This document shows, one piece after another, positions 40,201 through 53,953 of a stretch of DNA of 64,000 nucleotides. The notes under the pieces are model-generated. The model worked only from the letters and a program-made list of their open reading frames with translations, ran no database searches and was not told the DNA's origin. Both the position numbers and the translations under genes were made by a program. Source of the stretch: Mobula birostris (Eukaryota); contig NC_092402.1 in assembly GCF_030028105.1 (NCBI RefSeq), positions 53,152,709 through 53,216,708 of the forward strand, given 5' to 3'. Every line of letters starts with the position of its first letter. Positions within the stretch are counted from its first letter, which is position 1.

Positions 40201-40899
40201 CACTGCTGAGTACTTTAGTGTTTTTCGCCCACGGAAACGAGATGGCAAAACCCCCACAGCTGTATTTTTACCGGAACGATTTCCTAATCCTTGGCACTGC
40301 GTTCATGTGCGAAAGAAATGGGATTCTGATGGGAGATGAGGCGTTTCTGTTTAGCCTAACCGTGTCTGTCTGACTTTCTCTCTATCCATCTCTCTCCCCC
40401 CTCTCTCTCACCCTCCCTCTCACTCTCTCCCTCTCTGTCTCCCTCTATCTCCCTCTCTCTCCCTCTCCCTCTCTCTCTCTGTTACCTATCTCAATCTGAT
40501 TTCGCCTTTTCTTTATCTCTATGTAATTTTCCCCAAACCTGCCCTCACATGTTTCCACCTTTTTGTCTCGCTTTGTATGCTCATCTATTTTTCGTCTTTC
40601 TGACTAATTTTCCCCATTTCCTCTGTATATCCTTCCTTGGAGCCCTCTCATTCTGTCTCGCCCTGCGCTCATTTACCCTAATCTGGTTATGGCTTTACTT
40701 TTCATTCCTCTCCTCATTTTGATTCAGCTATCATCTTCTGCGTCAAAGTTTTACAATTTCCCATTTACTAATTCTCTCTCAGCTTTATTGATCACACTAT
40801 TTATGTTATTTAATTTTAATTACTTCTGTTCAATTTTCCATTAACATATATTTATCTCTCTCCCCAACTAATTTTTTCTTTCACTCTTTTATATTTTCT

Positions 40900-42560
40900 G
40901 CTGCATCTATCTAATCTATTCTCTCTCTTTTATTCAATCCCCTCGCTGTTAAGATTCATCTATTCTTCAAGTGCTCCATTACCCCATTTTCAACGATAAA
41001 TACTTTACCTCTTTCTCTATTTGTATTTATGACTATATCATTTAATCCCCAACCTACACATCCACGTTTCTCAACCTTTCTATCAACCTATTTCTATTTA
41101 TATTTTTTACCTTTTTCTCCATTTCCTTAGTTTTATCATTTCTGCTTATGAGCATTTCTCTATCACACAATTCCCCACCATTTTTGAATAGTTGATTCTT
41201 AATCTCTCTCTCTCTCTTTCTCTCGTTGCGCTGCTACTTATATTTACCCCTATATTTTACTCCATTTTATAATTTATATTTATGACTCACTAAGTCCTAA
41301 ACTCACACCCAACCTATACCCCTTGTTTCTCGACCCATCTGTCGTCATTTTTATTTATATTTTTTCCTCTTTCTCCATTTTCCCAAATTTTCTCATTTGT
41401 GCGGAGATCTATCCCACTGTTCTATTTATATACATCTGCTTCTCAATCTCTCTGTCGCCCCATTTCCAATCATTTATACTTTTGTATCTCCATTGCCCCT
41501 TTTCTATCTCTTCTATTGTGGCTGTCTCTCCAACATATAATTCCACATCCTCCTTATATCGTTGATTCTCAATCTCTCTATAGACCATTTCTTTTTTTTA
41601 TTTTTACAACTTTTGCTATTCCTGTTTTTTATTTTTTTCTCTATTTGTGACTCCCTATCACTTAATTCCGCCGCCTTCTTTACACCCCTCTGTGCGTCAG
41701 TCTCTCTGCCCCTTCTGCAATATTTCCAATAATTTATATTTTACCCCTTTCTATTTCTTCCCTTAGTGTTTATAATTTCTCCTTCTCTCTGTCTCTCTTT
41801 CACGTTCGGCACATAATCCCCACTCTACTTATATCATTGTTTCTCTATCTCTCTATTTCTCTGTCTCCCAATTTCCAATCATTTATATTTCACATATTTC
41901 CATTTATTTCCTTAGTTTTTTTCATATATTTCCTATTTATAAAGCTCTCAATTCCTTTACACAATTTCCCACCCTGCTTCTCCGTCGCCCCATTTCCAGT
42001 AACGTATATTATATCTTTTCCCCCGTTTATATAGTTTCTACTTATGACCCTCTGTCATTTCACCCACTCTACTTATATATCCTTGTCTCTGTATCGCCCC
42101 ATTTCCAGTAATTTATATTTTTGCCCCTTCTATCTATGGTTCTTTCCTCCCTTTTATAAAATTTCTGCTTATGACTCTACACTTAAACCCCCTCGCTAAC
42201 TGCAATTTTAAACTGTGTTCCTCAATCGCCCTTTCCCCCCTGCCCTTTATTTGTCTCTCCCATTTATATCTTCAATATCTCTTTCGCCTAGTTTCCAGCA
42301 ATTTATAGCTTTTTAAAAAATTTCTTATTATTTCTTTCCCTTTCTCTTTTTTCATTTCTATTTATGTCTCTTTCCTCATCCTATTTATCTCCCTTTCCCA
42401 TTCTCTCTATTGCTCTAGTTTCCATTTATTTCCCTTCTCCCATTCCCCACATTTTAGTTCCCTTTTCACATTCTCTCCTTTGCTCTAACTCCTAGTAATT
42501 TATATTTCTTTTCCTTTTCCTTCCTTCTCGATTTTCTATCTAGGGTTTCTCATCGTCACT
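40900..42560. repeat. Old pyrimidine-rich degenerate tandem repeat
   Basis: The motif cccatttccartmatttata recurs at about 41458, 41866, 41988, 42097 and 42287; ttctrcttatga also recurs. Confidence 0.6.
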
Positions 42561-44028
42561 CAAATTCCTTTGTCTGCTTTCACATCCAGCGCACTAGAAT
42601 TCAACTCTCCATTGCTTGAGTTCCAATTATGTTACATTGTATCTATTTCCCTCTTTTTTCTCCTATCTCTATTTTACATTTTTACCTTCTACCACTTAAT
42701 TTCCTGACCCATTTACAAATTTATTCTCCATTTCTCTGTATCCTTCTCCCATTTTCCCACTCTTGCATATTTTATTATCATCTCTATTTTCACTTCTTGC
42801 CCAATCTTTGTTTGCATTTTCTCTTTGGGGATCATTCTCTCACTATAACCTTCTCCTCCTACTCTATTTATATTTTCTTTCTCATTCCAAAATTATCTCT
42901 TCGCTCTGCCCCACTATTTTGTTATCCATTGATCTCCTTTTCCCCCAGCTTCCTATTTACATTTTCTATTTACAATTCCCTCTCCATCGCTATTTACGCC
43001 TCTTTATCACCTACGTCTCCTGACTCTTTATTTATTTTCTCTCTACATATCATTTCCCTTTGTCTATTTACATTTTTATATTCATCTGTCCCTATCACCG
43101 CTTCATTTCTATATTAAGTGTCTATTTATCTGTCGTAGTGACTCATTTGTATGTTCCTCAGCTTCTCTTTCTTTCCCCACTTCCCAATTAATGCTTTCAG
43201 TTGGAGACATAAGATACCGCAGATGTTAGTATCTGCAGCAACAAATATCCTTTTGATTATTGAATTCTTTTTGTTACGTTGACTTTATGGTCTTTCTGAT
43301 TTCTCCTTTTTATCAACAGTGCATGCGCATGTTTTTCCTTCACAGTCTGTCCGTTTACTAATACCTCCCTGTATATCTTTCCTGTATATTGTATATTCTC
43401 TCTTTCTCTCTCTGTATTTTCTCCACTTCTCCCCCTGTCCCACCCACTCTTAATTTTCCGCTTTTGCATTTTTACATTAAATTCATGTTTCTCACTGATC
43501 GCCATAGTTAGTTCCTTCTCTCGCTTCCCTGTCAATATCCTTGCCCTTAACGTTCTCCCTATTTACTTTTCGTGACTTATCACTCCATCTCCTTGGCATT
43601 TAACATCGTTAATTTTTTAAGTACCCCCCTTCATGCAACTGCTTGAACAACTTGAACTCGTAAAAGAACCTGATTTCCATCGCCTCTTTATTTTTTGTCT
43701 CGTCGTTCGCCTGTTTTACCCCAATCGGATCATTTGCATCTTTAAACTGTCAACCTTACAACTTTCCTTCGCGCTGTGCGCCCAGTAACTTTGATCGTTT
43801 GATACGTTTAATTTCCTATTCAATCTCTCTCTATCCATCTATCTCTATCTCTCTATCTACCTATCTCTCTTTCTCGATCTATCTATCTAACTCTAGGTTT
43901 TTCTTCCCGGCACGCAGTTGGAAGGAAATCCTTTGTTTGATAAATGATAACATCCAGTCGCTCTTGAGAGGGACGAACCTGTCTAATTGTTTAAAAACTA
44001 GCATTCGTCTGTCGCCTGATAAACCTTG

Positions 44029-44115
<87 letters not shown>

Positions 44116-45617
44116 ACAACTTCCTGTCTGATTTATAACCCTACCCCTTCCTTCCTATCCAACAGCAGGTTATTGCAACTGAATGATCTTGTTTGCGGTG
44201 AATTCGTTATTAAATACGGAGCCTTATTTCCCAGAACCGTTGATCGATCTTATCACTTAGAGGGGAGGCTTCTGAAGAAGGAGCGGGCAGGCTGTTACAC
44301 TGTTTTATGTTGGGAAAAAAACTGTTTCGACCTGCGATTTACTTGGGAGCGATGGGGGTAAAATTGTTGGCTTGCTAATCGGCCCTCGAGATTTGTTTTC
44401 GTAAATTGGAAGTCAACTGNNNNNNNNNNNNNNNNNNNNNNNNNNNNNNNNNNNNNNNNNNNNNNNNNNNNNNNNNNNNNNNNNNNNNNNNNNNNNNNNN
44501 NNNNNNNNNNNNNNNNNNNNNNNNNNNNNNNNNNNNNNNNNNNNNNNNNNNNNNNNNNNNNNNNNNNNNNNNNNNNNNNNNNNNNNNNNNNNGCTGGGGT
44601 TATTTTCCACAGTGGAATCAATGTTCGCAGGAGATAAGCAGATGCGATGTAGGACTAAATATCTGGTACTAACAAAATGTTTTTCAAAGAATATTAATTG
44701 TGATCAAATATTTGCAACAGTGTTCACCTTCACTCTTCCTTTCCCTCTCTCTCTAGTTTCCTTAATTTATTTCATCCTAATTAATCTTTACAACTCTAAG
44801 CATCCATCTATCTATGTATCTATCCAGCTATCTATTTATCTATAATATATCACTTATTTTTCACTCATTTATCTCACTCAATCTATCTCTCGACTCTTCT
44901 ATTTAACTATCTTTCTATCTCTTTCTATCTGTCTCTCTAGGTACCTATACACACCTGCAAATACAATTATAATGTTAGTTTTACAACACGCAACTCTCGA
45001 CATTCATTAGACAAATAGGGCTAGACATTTAAAAATATGGATAACGATATATTTCAGAGGAATTCGACATCATAAAAACTTTATTGAAATAATTTCTTTC
45101 AAAAAAATCACATGCACAAATATATAGTCACTTCGTAGATAGAAATTTGGACCGAATGCTTGCTTGTGCAGTCAAATAATCTGGGGTTATGAGAAATTAT
45201 GGAGCATGGATTTAATTTAGCAAGGGGAAGGAAAGGATCTGGACTGTCAAGACAGAATGACTATAATTATTCTGTCAAGGATCCGGAAGGCGAATTTTAA
45301 CAGGGCTTTCGAAAAAAGAAAATCTGCAATCGTTTCAAATAATGATCCGAGGGCGTGCAACCGCTATGATAAAAAAAGTTGTATCTATTTCAATTCAACT
45401 CATTACCTTCCTAGTCTCTGACGGTTTTTTTAATTAAAATTAAAGCACGTTATTTCACTGTTGGGACTCGTAGAAAAAGCGTTAACACATTCGGGAAAAC
45501 CCCTCGTGTCCTTTTATCTCTCCTTCTCTGGTGACGCTGGGGGAGAGCTGGTGGATCGGGGAAAGGGGGTGTTAGAGAGAGGAGGTGGTGGTGGCGGGAG
45601 GGAGGATGGGAGGGGGC

Positions 45618-45660
45618 AAAAAAATCCATGCAATCACGTGGTCTTCGGAGACCCAATGAG
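45618..45660 (+). promoter_or_regulatory. HoxC9 proximal promoter: E-box plus CCAAT box
   Basis: aatCACGTG (45635-45640) and CCAATgag (45653-45657), about 270 bp upstream of the ATG. Confidence 0.65.
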
Positions 45661-45766
45661 TTCTCACCCATCCAAACATACACACAATCACCTGCTTTGG
45701 TGTTTGTGTGTGTGGGAGAGAGAGGGAGAAAGAGAGGGAGAGTGGGAATGTAAAAACGTTTTGTGA

Positions 45767-45837
<71 letters not shown>

Positions 45838-45911
45838 TATGCATGTGTCTATGCGTGCGTGCGTGAATGTATGTGCGTGAATGAGCTGTTCGCGCTTTGA
45901 TACCGGGTGAT

Positions 45912-46413
45912 ATGAGCAGCGGCGGCGCTTTGAACAGTTACTACATCGATTCTCTTATAAGCCATGACGGTGAGGATATGTACACGGGCAGGTTCGGAAC
46001 GCCGACCTCTCACCCGACTGCGCCACTGATGGGTGACTGTATGGATCTCCCGGCGCCCTGCTCCTACTCCGCCGCGCCGAGAGCACCCAGCTTCACCAAC
46101 TCCTGGGCCCCTAGCACGGTGCCCAGCGGGGGCATCTACCACTCCTACCCCCACCAGCCACACCTCGTCCCCGACTCCAGATGCGCACGCCCCTGGCTGG
46201 AGCCGCTGCCGGGCGCCGTGTCCTTCCACGGGTTCCCCGGCGGCGGCCGGCCCTATTCCATGAAACCGGAGTGCGTGGCCGGCGCCGGGTCGGCTGCGAG
46301 CGACGGGCGCTGCTTCGCCGACTACCTTTACGGCTCTCCCACGGAAAGGGTAGCGCAGTGTGTCGGCGCGCCGGATGCGAGGCCCAAGGAAGACAAAGCG
46401 GAAATCGACCCGA
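45912..46413 (+). CDS. HOXC9: HoxC9 exon 1
   Basis: MSSGGALNSYYIDSLISHDGED..WLEPLPGAVSF..GGRPYSMKP..DYLYGSP..KEDKAEIDP follows HOXC9 as recalled (DSLISHDNED, WLEPLSGAVSF, DYMYGSP, KEEKADLDP). Donor A|GTAAGT. Confidence 0.96.
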
Positions 46414-48500
46414 GTAAGTTTCCCACCCATCCCACCTCCCCTCCTTCCCCCTTCCCCCACCACCATCCCTCCAAAATCTATTCCAGAACCTTACCCCACC
46501 CCACTCCCGCCCTAGCCACCAACCATGTTTAATGAATCAAGTTTACAGACACGCGTTCCCTCCTCTTTCTCCCGAGGTGAAATAACGTTTTCAATCTGGT
46601 TGAGAGGGGTGTGTGTGTGTGTCTGTGTTGGGGAGGGGCGGGGGTTGGTGAGCGCTAGCCGGGAAGTAGGAAGGGTTTATCGTTGGGGCGAAGCTGCCGG
46701 GGAGGAAAGAAGGCGTTGAGCCCACACGGACCCTCTCCTTTGGGGTGTGTTGGGGGAATGCTGTCGTTGGGTTATTGGGGTGGGTACAATGTTTCTTGTA
46801 GAACACTTAGCACTGGGTCTTGAGCTTATGGGCGATGTGGTTAGGATTGTCTTTGGGTTAGGGGTGAGTACAGTGTTTAGTGTAGAATTGTTGTCCCTAA
46901 GTCTTAAAACATTAGACAGCAGGTGGTGTAGCCTTGGAATTGGGTCTGAGCAGTTGTATAGGAAATTGAATAAAAATCAGAATTAGGTTCATCATCACTG
47001 GCATCAGCAGTGTTGTATTGCGGCAGCAGTAAAAATCACTCTGTTACAATAAATAAATAGAGCAAAAGGGGAATAGTGCAGTGAAGGCAGGTGTATGCAT
47101 GTGTGCGTTTGTGTGAATATTTGTGTCTGTTTGTGTTTGGGTGTGTGTTTGCATGTGTGAAGGAGAGCGAGATAAGGGGGAAAGTGGGATACTCTACATA
47201 CAGGTATAGAGAGAGGAAAGGACAGAGGAGAAGGGAAGATAGAGACGGTTGGAGATAGGGAATGAGTCAGAAAGAGAAGAGAGAGAAAGCCGGGATAGAG
47301 GTAGAGGTAGAGAGAGGGGAAGAGGTGATGGACAGAATGGAGAGATGGAGAGACGGGTTGGGGGAGAGGCAGAGATGAGGAGAGTGATGCAGAAAAATAA
47401 AGAAGCTGATACTTTTTTAGGAGGGGTGAGAGAGAGGGAAAGGCGGCAGGGAGGGGAAAGTGAGAAGAGGATCAGAACATATGGGAAGAGTAAGGGAGGG
47501 AGAGAAAATGATAAACAGACCACTCGGAGGATACAGACAGAGGGAGAAATTAGACGTCCACGGTATAAAAGCTAATATATCTGGTTAAGTCACTATTTGA
47601 AAAAAAAGAACAAAACTGGGCGGTATTTTAATTATAAGTTAGTATAGCAAAATGTTTTTTTATTTTGTCTCGAAACGTATAAAAAGTGCGCCTTAAACAA
47701 AAGTCAAATGGATTTTGAAAGGGGCAGAGGCTTTGAAAATGACTTTACTTAAATCCTTTATTTTAGAGTGTCTGCCCTGGGCCAACATTGTTGATTCTAC
47801 ACCACAGCCTCCAGCGTCTGTTCTGTGAACTGCCATTATGTTAAAAAGAAACCCCTCAGCCCTCCCTAGTACCAACTAAGTTCCGCTCGATCTTCCGAAA
47901 TTATATCGCCGTAACGGCAGCAAGAGGCGTAAACTTATAAAATTAGATTAAGAAGCTGGGGATCCCACTAACCCGAATTCTAACCCAAACTCTAAAGGGT
48001 GAGATCAAATTTTCAAGCAAATTCAGGGAGAGGGGAGTTGGGGTTAGGTGGAGACAGACAGAGTGGAGGGGCAAGTGATATTTTTATAGGGAGACTAGAG
48101 GAGGGAGAAGTGAGACGGGCAAGTGTTTAAGGAAAGGGGAGGTAAAATTAACATATGGTAGGGAGAAAGAGAAGGGAGGGAGAGGAGAAGAGAAAGTGGA
48201 GGAGAGAAGAGAAGAGAGGAGCGAAGAGAGGAGGGTTGACAGGGAGAACGAGAGTAACCGAAGTACAGAGAGTGAAAGAGGGAGAGAGAAAAAAGAGGGA
48301 TGTGAAAAAGAAAAGCAGAGAGAAGGAGACGGGGAGACGAGAAGGAGAGGGCAACAGCATAGAGAAACGGGGAGAAAAAGGGGGCAGATGTTTGGGATTT
48401 AGGGATGGGGTGATTCTTGTCATCGTGGTGACTATGCGCGCGGTTTTCATTTGAAAGTAAATTCCCACCCGCACTCAATCCTCATTTCACACCGCTACAG

Positions 48501-48739
48501 GTAATCCGGCCGTGAATTGGATACATGCCCGGTCGACGCGGAAAAAGCGTTGTCCTTACACAAAACACCAAACGTTGGAGCTAGAGAAAGAATTCTTGTA
48601 CAATATGTATTTAACCAGAGACCGACGCTATGAGGTCGCTCGTCTCCTGAATCTCACCGAGAGACAGGTCAAAATATGGTTCCAAAACCGGCGGATGAAG
48701 ATGAAAAAAATTAATCGCGAGAAAACCGAAAAAACTTAA
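48501..48739 (+). CDS. HOXC9: HoxC9 exon 2 (homeodomain); spliced protein 246 aa
   Basis: Acceptor tacag|GT. Reads [60 protein letters not shown]; the NWIHAR motif and EKT tail are C9-like. Confidence 0.96.
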
Positions 48740-51700
48740 CGTCTTCCGTCATTTTTCTTAAGCCTCGTGGCGTGGACTGGAAGGAAAATCAAAGCAAAAA
48801 AGGAAGTCATTTTTCAGCATAGAAACATTTAAAATTTTTCTTCTCACTGGATCCGATCCCAGAGCAAAAACTCAGACGTTCACCCCACCCCCTTCTTTTG
48901 AAAGGTTTATATAATTTAACAAAACGTAAGTTTTAGTTTGAAAAGATTTTCGTTTAATATTGTATAAATTGTACAATAATTATTGTCACCGTGGTAAGGT
49001 TGTACAGAAGGAAATGTGTCTTTTTTTTGTAAAAATATTTCGGAGTAATTTGATGTGGTCATGTGTCCATTTGTGATGTCACATTTCGATGGCTGTATGT
49101 TAAGTATTTAAATATATTTCAGACTGGACAGAACATGCTTAACTCTCTTTTTTTGAGGAAGGGGAATAGGTTTGTTTAAATATATACGCATAAACAACAC
49201 CGAGCGCTGAGTGCGGGCGTCTTTGAAGTTGAAAGTAAAATACACTTAAGACATAGTTATACGGACACACACCTGTGACTGCGCAAACACACACACACAA
49301 AGTAGTTCACCTATACATTCAAGCTCGCGCGCACATATTCTCGCAAACATGCCAACTCTCAGACACAAACACATCCCTTACACACTCACCCACATGGGCA
49401 CATTAATTCATACATGCACATTAACACACAGACATGCCATCTCTCTCTCTCACACACATACACACACACACATACACACACACACACATATAGACATGCA
49501 CATACTATTCATACACAATCTCTCACACCCATACTCTCTTTCCCTCTCCGACTCTACCTCGTCTCACACACACAGACAAATTCATTGTTACTTTCCTGTT
49601 ATACAATTTAAAAAGTCAAGTTCCAAACGTAATCAAGAAGCATCCATACAGAGAAAAATAAACCTTTATTAAGACATTGCAAGCTCATTACATTTCATTA
49701 ACACTGGCACAGACGTTGATTTGACTATAATAATCGAATTAATATACAACTTGCATCTGTTAATTGGTTTACAATTGTCCCCCGATCCTAGATAATTGAA
49801 ACAGTGCAAACTAAAATGCACTCTTGCCGCTACCAAACACTCATAACATCTCTGTTGTCAAGATGAATTGTCTGTTGTTTTGGAATCGCTCCCTCTCCCT
49901 TCAAGCTTTGCATAGCAACTATATCTGTCCCTTTCTCGCCCTTTTCTCTCTCGCTCTCTTTCTCTCCCCCCCCCCCCCTTTCTCCGCCTTTTATATGTCT
50001 ACTGAAAATCCACAAACGCCACAAAATAGAAGCGGGAAAGGCGCGTTGGTATTTTTAAAAACTAAAATGCTTGCAGGCGAGATATGTCCCGCTGAAAAGA
50101 ATCAGCGTGAATGGGATTTGGAAGATAGGTAGATGTGCGAGTCAGTCCGTTTTGCAAGTGCATTTATTTGTACATTTGTGTGTGTGTTGATATGGTGTGA
50201 TAGATAGATAAATATATACCTGGATACATATATCTGATAAATGGATATAGCTGATAGAGAGCGAGAGATCGATAGATACAGAGGAAACACAGAAAAATTG
50301 CTGTATAATTGGATAAGGAGGGAAATATATCAAGAGTTAAATGATATATGACGAAAAACACGTGAAAATCAGTTCGAATTTACCAATAGGAGGATGCATA
50401 TATCGGAAATATTCAGATCTATTTTGCATTTGGAAGACGATTGTGTAGACTCTGGTGACTCCGACCTTCATGTGAACAGGGANNNNNNNNNNNNNNNNNN
50501 NNNNNNNNNNNNNNNNNNNNNNNNNNNNNNNNNNNNNNNNNNNNNNNNNNNNNNNNNNNNNNNNNNNNNNNNNNNNNNNNNNNNNNNNNNNNNNNNNNNN
50601 NNNNNNNNNNNNNNNNNNNNNNNNNNNNNTACACTCTTCCTAAAATTCATAAAGGTAAATAAGTATCGTTCATAGACTTCCAAAATGTAAACAGTCGGTA
50701 AACGAGAGAGAGAGAGAGAGGAAGGAGTGAGAGTGAAAGAGTGAGTGAGTGAGTGAGTGACAGAGAGAGGGAGAGAGAGGACTGGTCTCAGGAATTAAAG
50801 GGAAGTATTTACAACCGCCAAACACATCCCACTGGCGCAGAGAGATACGAGGGTTATGGACAATTGCAGGTTCAATTCAAATAAATGTTACTTCAAGCGA
50901 CTCTCTCCTCTGTGGATGCGCTTATATATTCGGGGAGAGCATGGGACGAGATGGTGTATTTGAGTGGGGGCTCGAAGGTGCGGCTGATTTTATTTGACAG
51001 TCAAACAACTCACCACTACTATTTTAATTTGATGTTTACCAATTAATTCGTTCTAGCCAGCCAGTAGTCTGAAGTTCAATATATGAGGACAATTATATCT
51101 TAGAGTTTTGAACTAAATCCACAGCCCCGGGTGCCAATGGCCTCCTGTGTATGGGTGTATTCGTGTGTTACTCTATGAGCTTGTGTGTATTTGTGTGTGG
51201 GAGTAGAACTATCTGTCTTTACTCGTGGTGTTGGCGTCAGTGTGAATGTGTGTGTGTGTGTGCGTGTGTGTGCGCGCGCGCGCCCGCGCTTGTGAGACAG
51301 AGAATCTCTGTGTAAGAGAGAAAGAGTCGGTATGTGTGCATCCGTATGGTGCGTACGCGTGTGCGAGATTGTATGTGTGTGTTGCTATACGCATATATCT
51401 CTATGTTGTGTTTATCTGTGTGCTTTCACCTATATTTATCTGCGACCGTATCGATAACCGCATTGTGCGCGTGGCTACATTTTTATATACAGTACACAAT
51501 GTATGTGAATGTTTCATGTGTGCTTTTCCATATTGCGCACCTAAATAAGAGCATGTGCGTTTTTAAAATTGTTTGTTTCTGTATTTGTGTGTACCACTAT
51601 CTATCTATGCATATGTACACATACTCCGCGTTCTTTTATGCGTGCGTTTCTGAACGTTTGTAAGGATATTCTTGTGTAAATATCTATATGTTTTCCTACT

Positions 51701-52515
51701 TATGGTAACTGTGTGTGTGTTTGTTTGCCCGCGTATCTACATTGCTGCGTGTGCTTGCGTGTGAGTCCGTGCTTGTGTCAATATTTGTGGGTTTGTCTGT
51801 TTTATCTCTATTCATATAGCAAAATTTCTATTTGTGAGTTCATAAGAGAAGAGAGATGAGGAGAGAATTTTTTATATACACCTATATGTTTAGTTTGGTA
51901 TCTTTGTGTGCGAGAGAGAGGGGAGAATGGGAATGTGCTTGTTTATATACTTCTATGTCTACCTAATTCTGTGTGTGTGTGTGAGAGAGAGAGAGAACTG
52001 AGAATTTGTTTCTATATCTGCAGTTTACCTATTTAACTGAGAGAGAGAGAGAATGAAAGTGTGTTTGTAGGTGTATAATCTGTTTCGCTACTTAACTGTG
52101 TGAGAGAGAGACAAAGAAAAAGATTGAAAGGGAGAAAGGGACGCCAAGATTTGTCTAATTATATCTGTGTGGAAGTTATTTGCGTGTATATCGGCATTTA
52201 TGTCTCAGTGTGCCTGAGTCTATCTGCGTTTGTCAATTTGTCAACGTGTGTGTGTGTGTGTGTGTCTGTCTGTCTGTCTGTCTGTCTGTGTGCCTCTCTG
52301 TGTATGTTAATTGATGAAATAGAAAGCGAATTTATGTCACACAGCCATTACCCCCGGCGCTCTGCTCACCTCGTAGCCCGCCTGTAGTTGAAGGTGAAAC
52401 TCTCCCAAGCCATAAAACGAAGATCTTAAGTAGCGCTGTGTAGAATTCCAAATGACCTTCCATCTCTTAGTTTCCTGTGTTCACACGAAGCAGTTAGGAA
52501 ACCTGAAGGTATTAT

Positions 52516-52582
<67 letters not shown>

Positions 52583-52932
52583 ATCTATTTTAAAAGTTTT
52601 AAAAAAATTCCACTTCTTCCCCCAACCACCCCACCGTGTAAAATTGGGGCTCCTATTTTTGTTATTCTTGGAGAGAGGAATGATGGTGTAGAGGTGTAGG
52701 CGCGGGGGGGGGGGGGTTGGCGTGGGAAGGGAGGTGAGATCGTCTGAAGATTTAAGTCATTAAATGGCCGTCCTTTCAGATTTGAAGTAAAGAAAGAAAG
52801 GGGGGAGATACACAGAAAAGAGAGAGAGAGGGGGGGGCAGAGAGAGAGAGAGAGACAAACAGACAGACAGACGGACAGAGAGGGAGAGAAAGAGACAGAA
52901 AGACACAGACAGAGAGAGAAGGGGGGAACAAC

Positions 52933-52979
<47 letters not shown>

Positions 52980-53015
52980 GAGACCGAGAGAGAAGGTAGG
53001 TTTCCGAAGTTAGAA

Positions 53016-53135
53016 GGAAGTATTTACAACCGCCAAACACATCCCCCTGGCGTTCGGAGACACAAGGGTTATAGACAGCCACAAGAGATACAGGCTAGAC
53101 GTCTGGGTTTAATTATTTTATCGCTTTATGGCGGA
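53016..53135 (+). promoter_or_regulatory. Probable ortholog of the Hoxc8 early enhancer
   Basis: GGCTAGACGTCTGGGTTTAATTATTTTATCG (53093-53123) matches the mouse core as I recall it (GGCTAGACGTCTGGGCTTAATTGTTTTATGG). It lies between C9 and C8, with a Cdx-type TTTATGG at 53125-53131. Confidence 0.78.
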
Positions 53136-53729
53136 CTGGGGCACGCAATGTCGTCTAGATTGTTTGTGCGCGTATCGTAAGGGAGCGCAAGAAACGGGGT
53201 TGGGGGTGGGGTAGCTTCTAACCCATTCTTGCATTTGTTGGTTTATTGATGAAATTCCTCGCCACCCCCACCCTACCACCGCCCACCATTCCCCCAAAAC
53301 GACTTGGCTAAGGAAAATGCAGCAAATAATCTAAACTCGAGGGTCAACGACGCCCTCCCGTGTATGTATGTGTGTATATGAAAAAGGATTCTGATTCTGT
53401 GGGTCGGTGCCAAGACACAAAAATGCTATAAATTACAAATAACTAGTGGGAAAGAGGTATAATAAGGTAGTGAGGTTGTTTTCACGAACCATTCAAAAAT
53501 CTCATGGCAGAGGAGAAGAAGCTGTTCCTAAATCGTTGAGTTTGGGTTTTGAGGCTCCTTTACCTCCTCTCCGACGGTAGTAATGAGAAGAGGGCATGTC
53601 CCAGATGGTGACTTATCAATTACTGTTCCAGTGTGTGTGTTTATTTATGTGTGTAATGACTAGATATCTGTTAGTGCTTCAATGTATGTGTTTATGTGTA
53701 TAAATATATGTGTTTTGAGCATGTGTAGC

Positions 53730-53953
53730 AACCCCCGACAAACCCGATTAACTCAAACTTAATCGCAGGGCAATTTACAATAACCAATTAACATACTCTG
53801 TACGTCTTTGGACTGTGGGAAATACCCGGAGGACCTGGAGAAAACCCACGCGTTCCACGGAAATGAAGTACAAACTCCTTACAGAACAGCGCCGGAATTG
53901 AACTCCGAACTCCCGAACGCCCCGTGTTAACCTCTACGCTACCTTGGCGCCCA
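53730..53953 (-). mobile_element. tRNA-derived V-SINE (HE1-like)
   Basis: Minus strand has an A-box-like GGTAGCGTAGAGG, a B-box GAGTTCAATTCC and the V-domain-like GCGTGGGTTTTCTCC..CCCACAGTCCAAAGACGTAC. Confidence 0.82.

Noticed and set aside
45849-46466. 205-aa antisense ORF over HoxC9 exon 1
   Set aside because: Expected shadow of GC-rich coding sequence.
48496-48506. AG|GTAAT at the HoxC9 exon 2 acceptor as a recursive splice site
   Set aside because: It simply encodes the conserved Ser-Asn of DPSNP, and the intron is only 2 kb.
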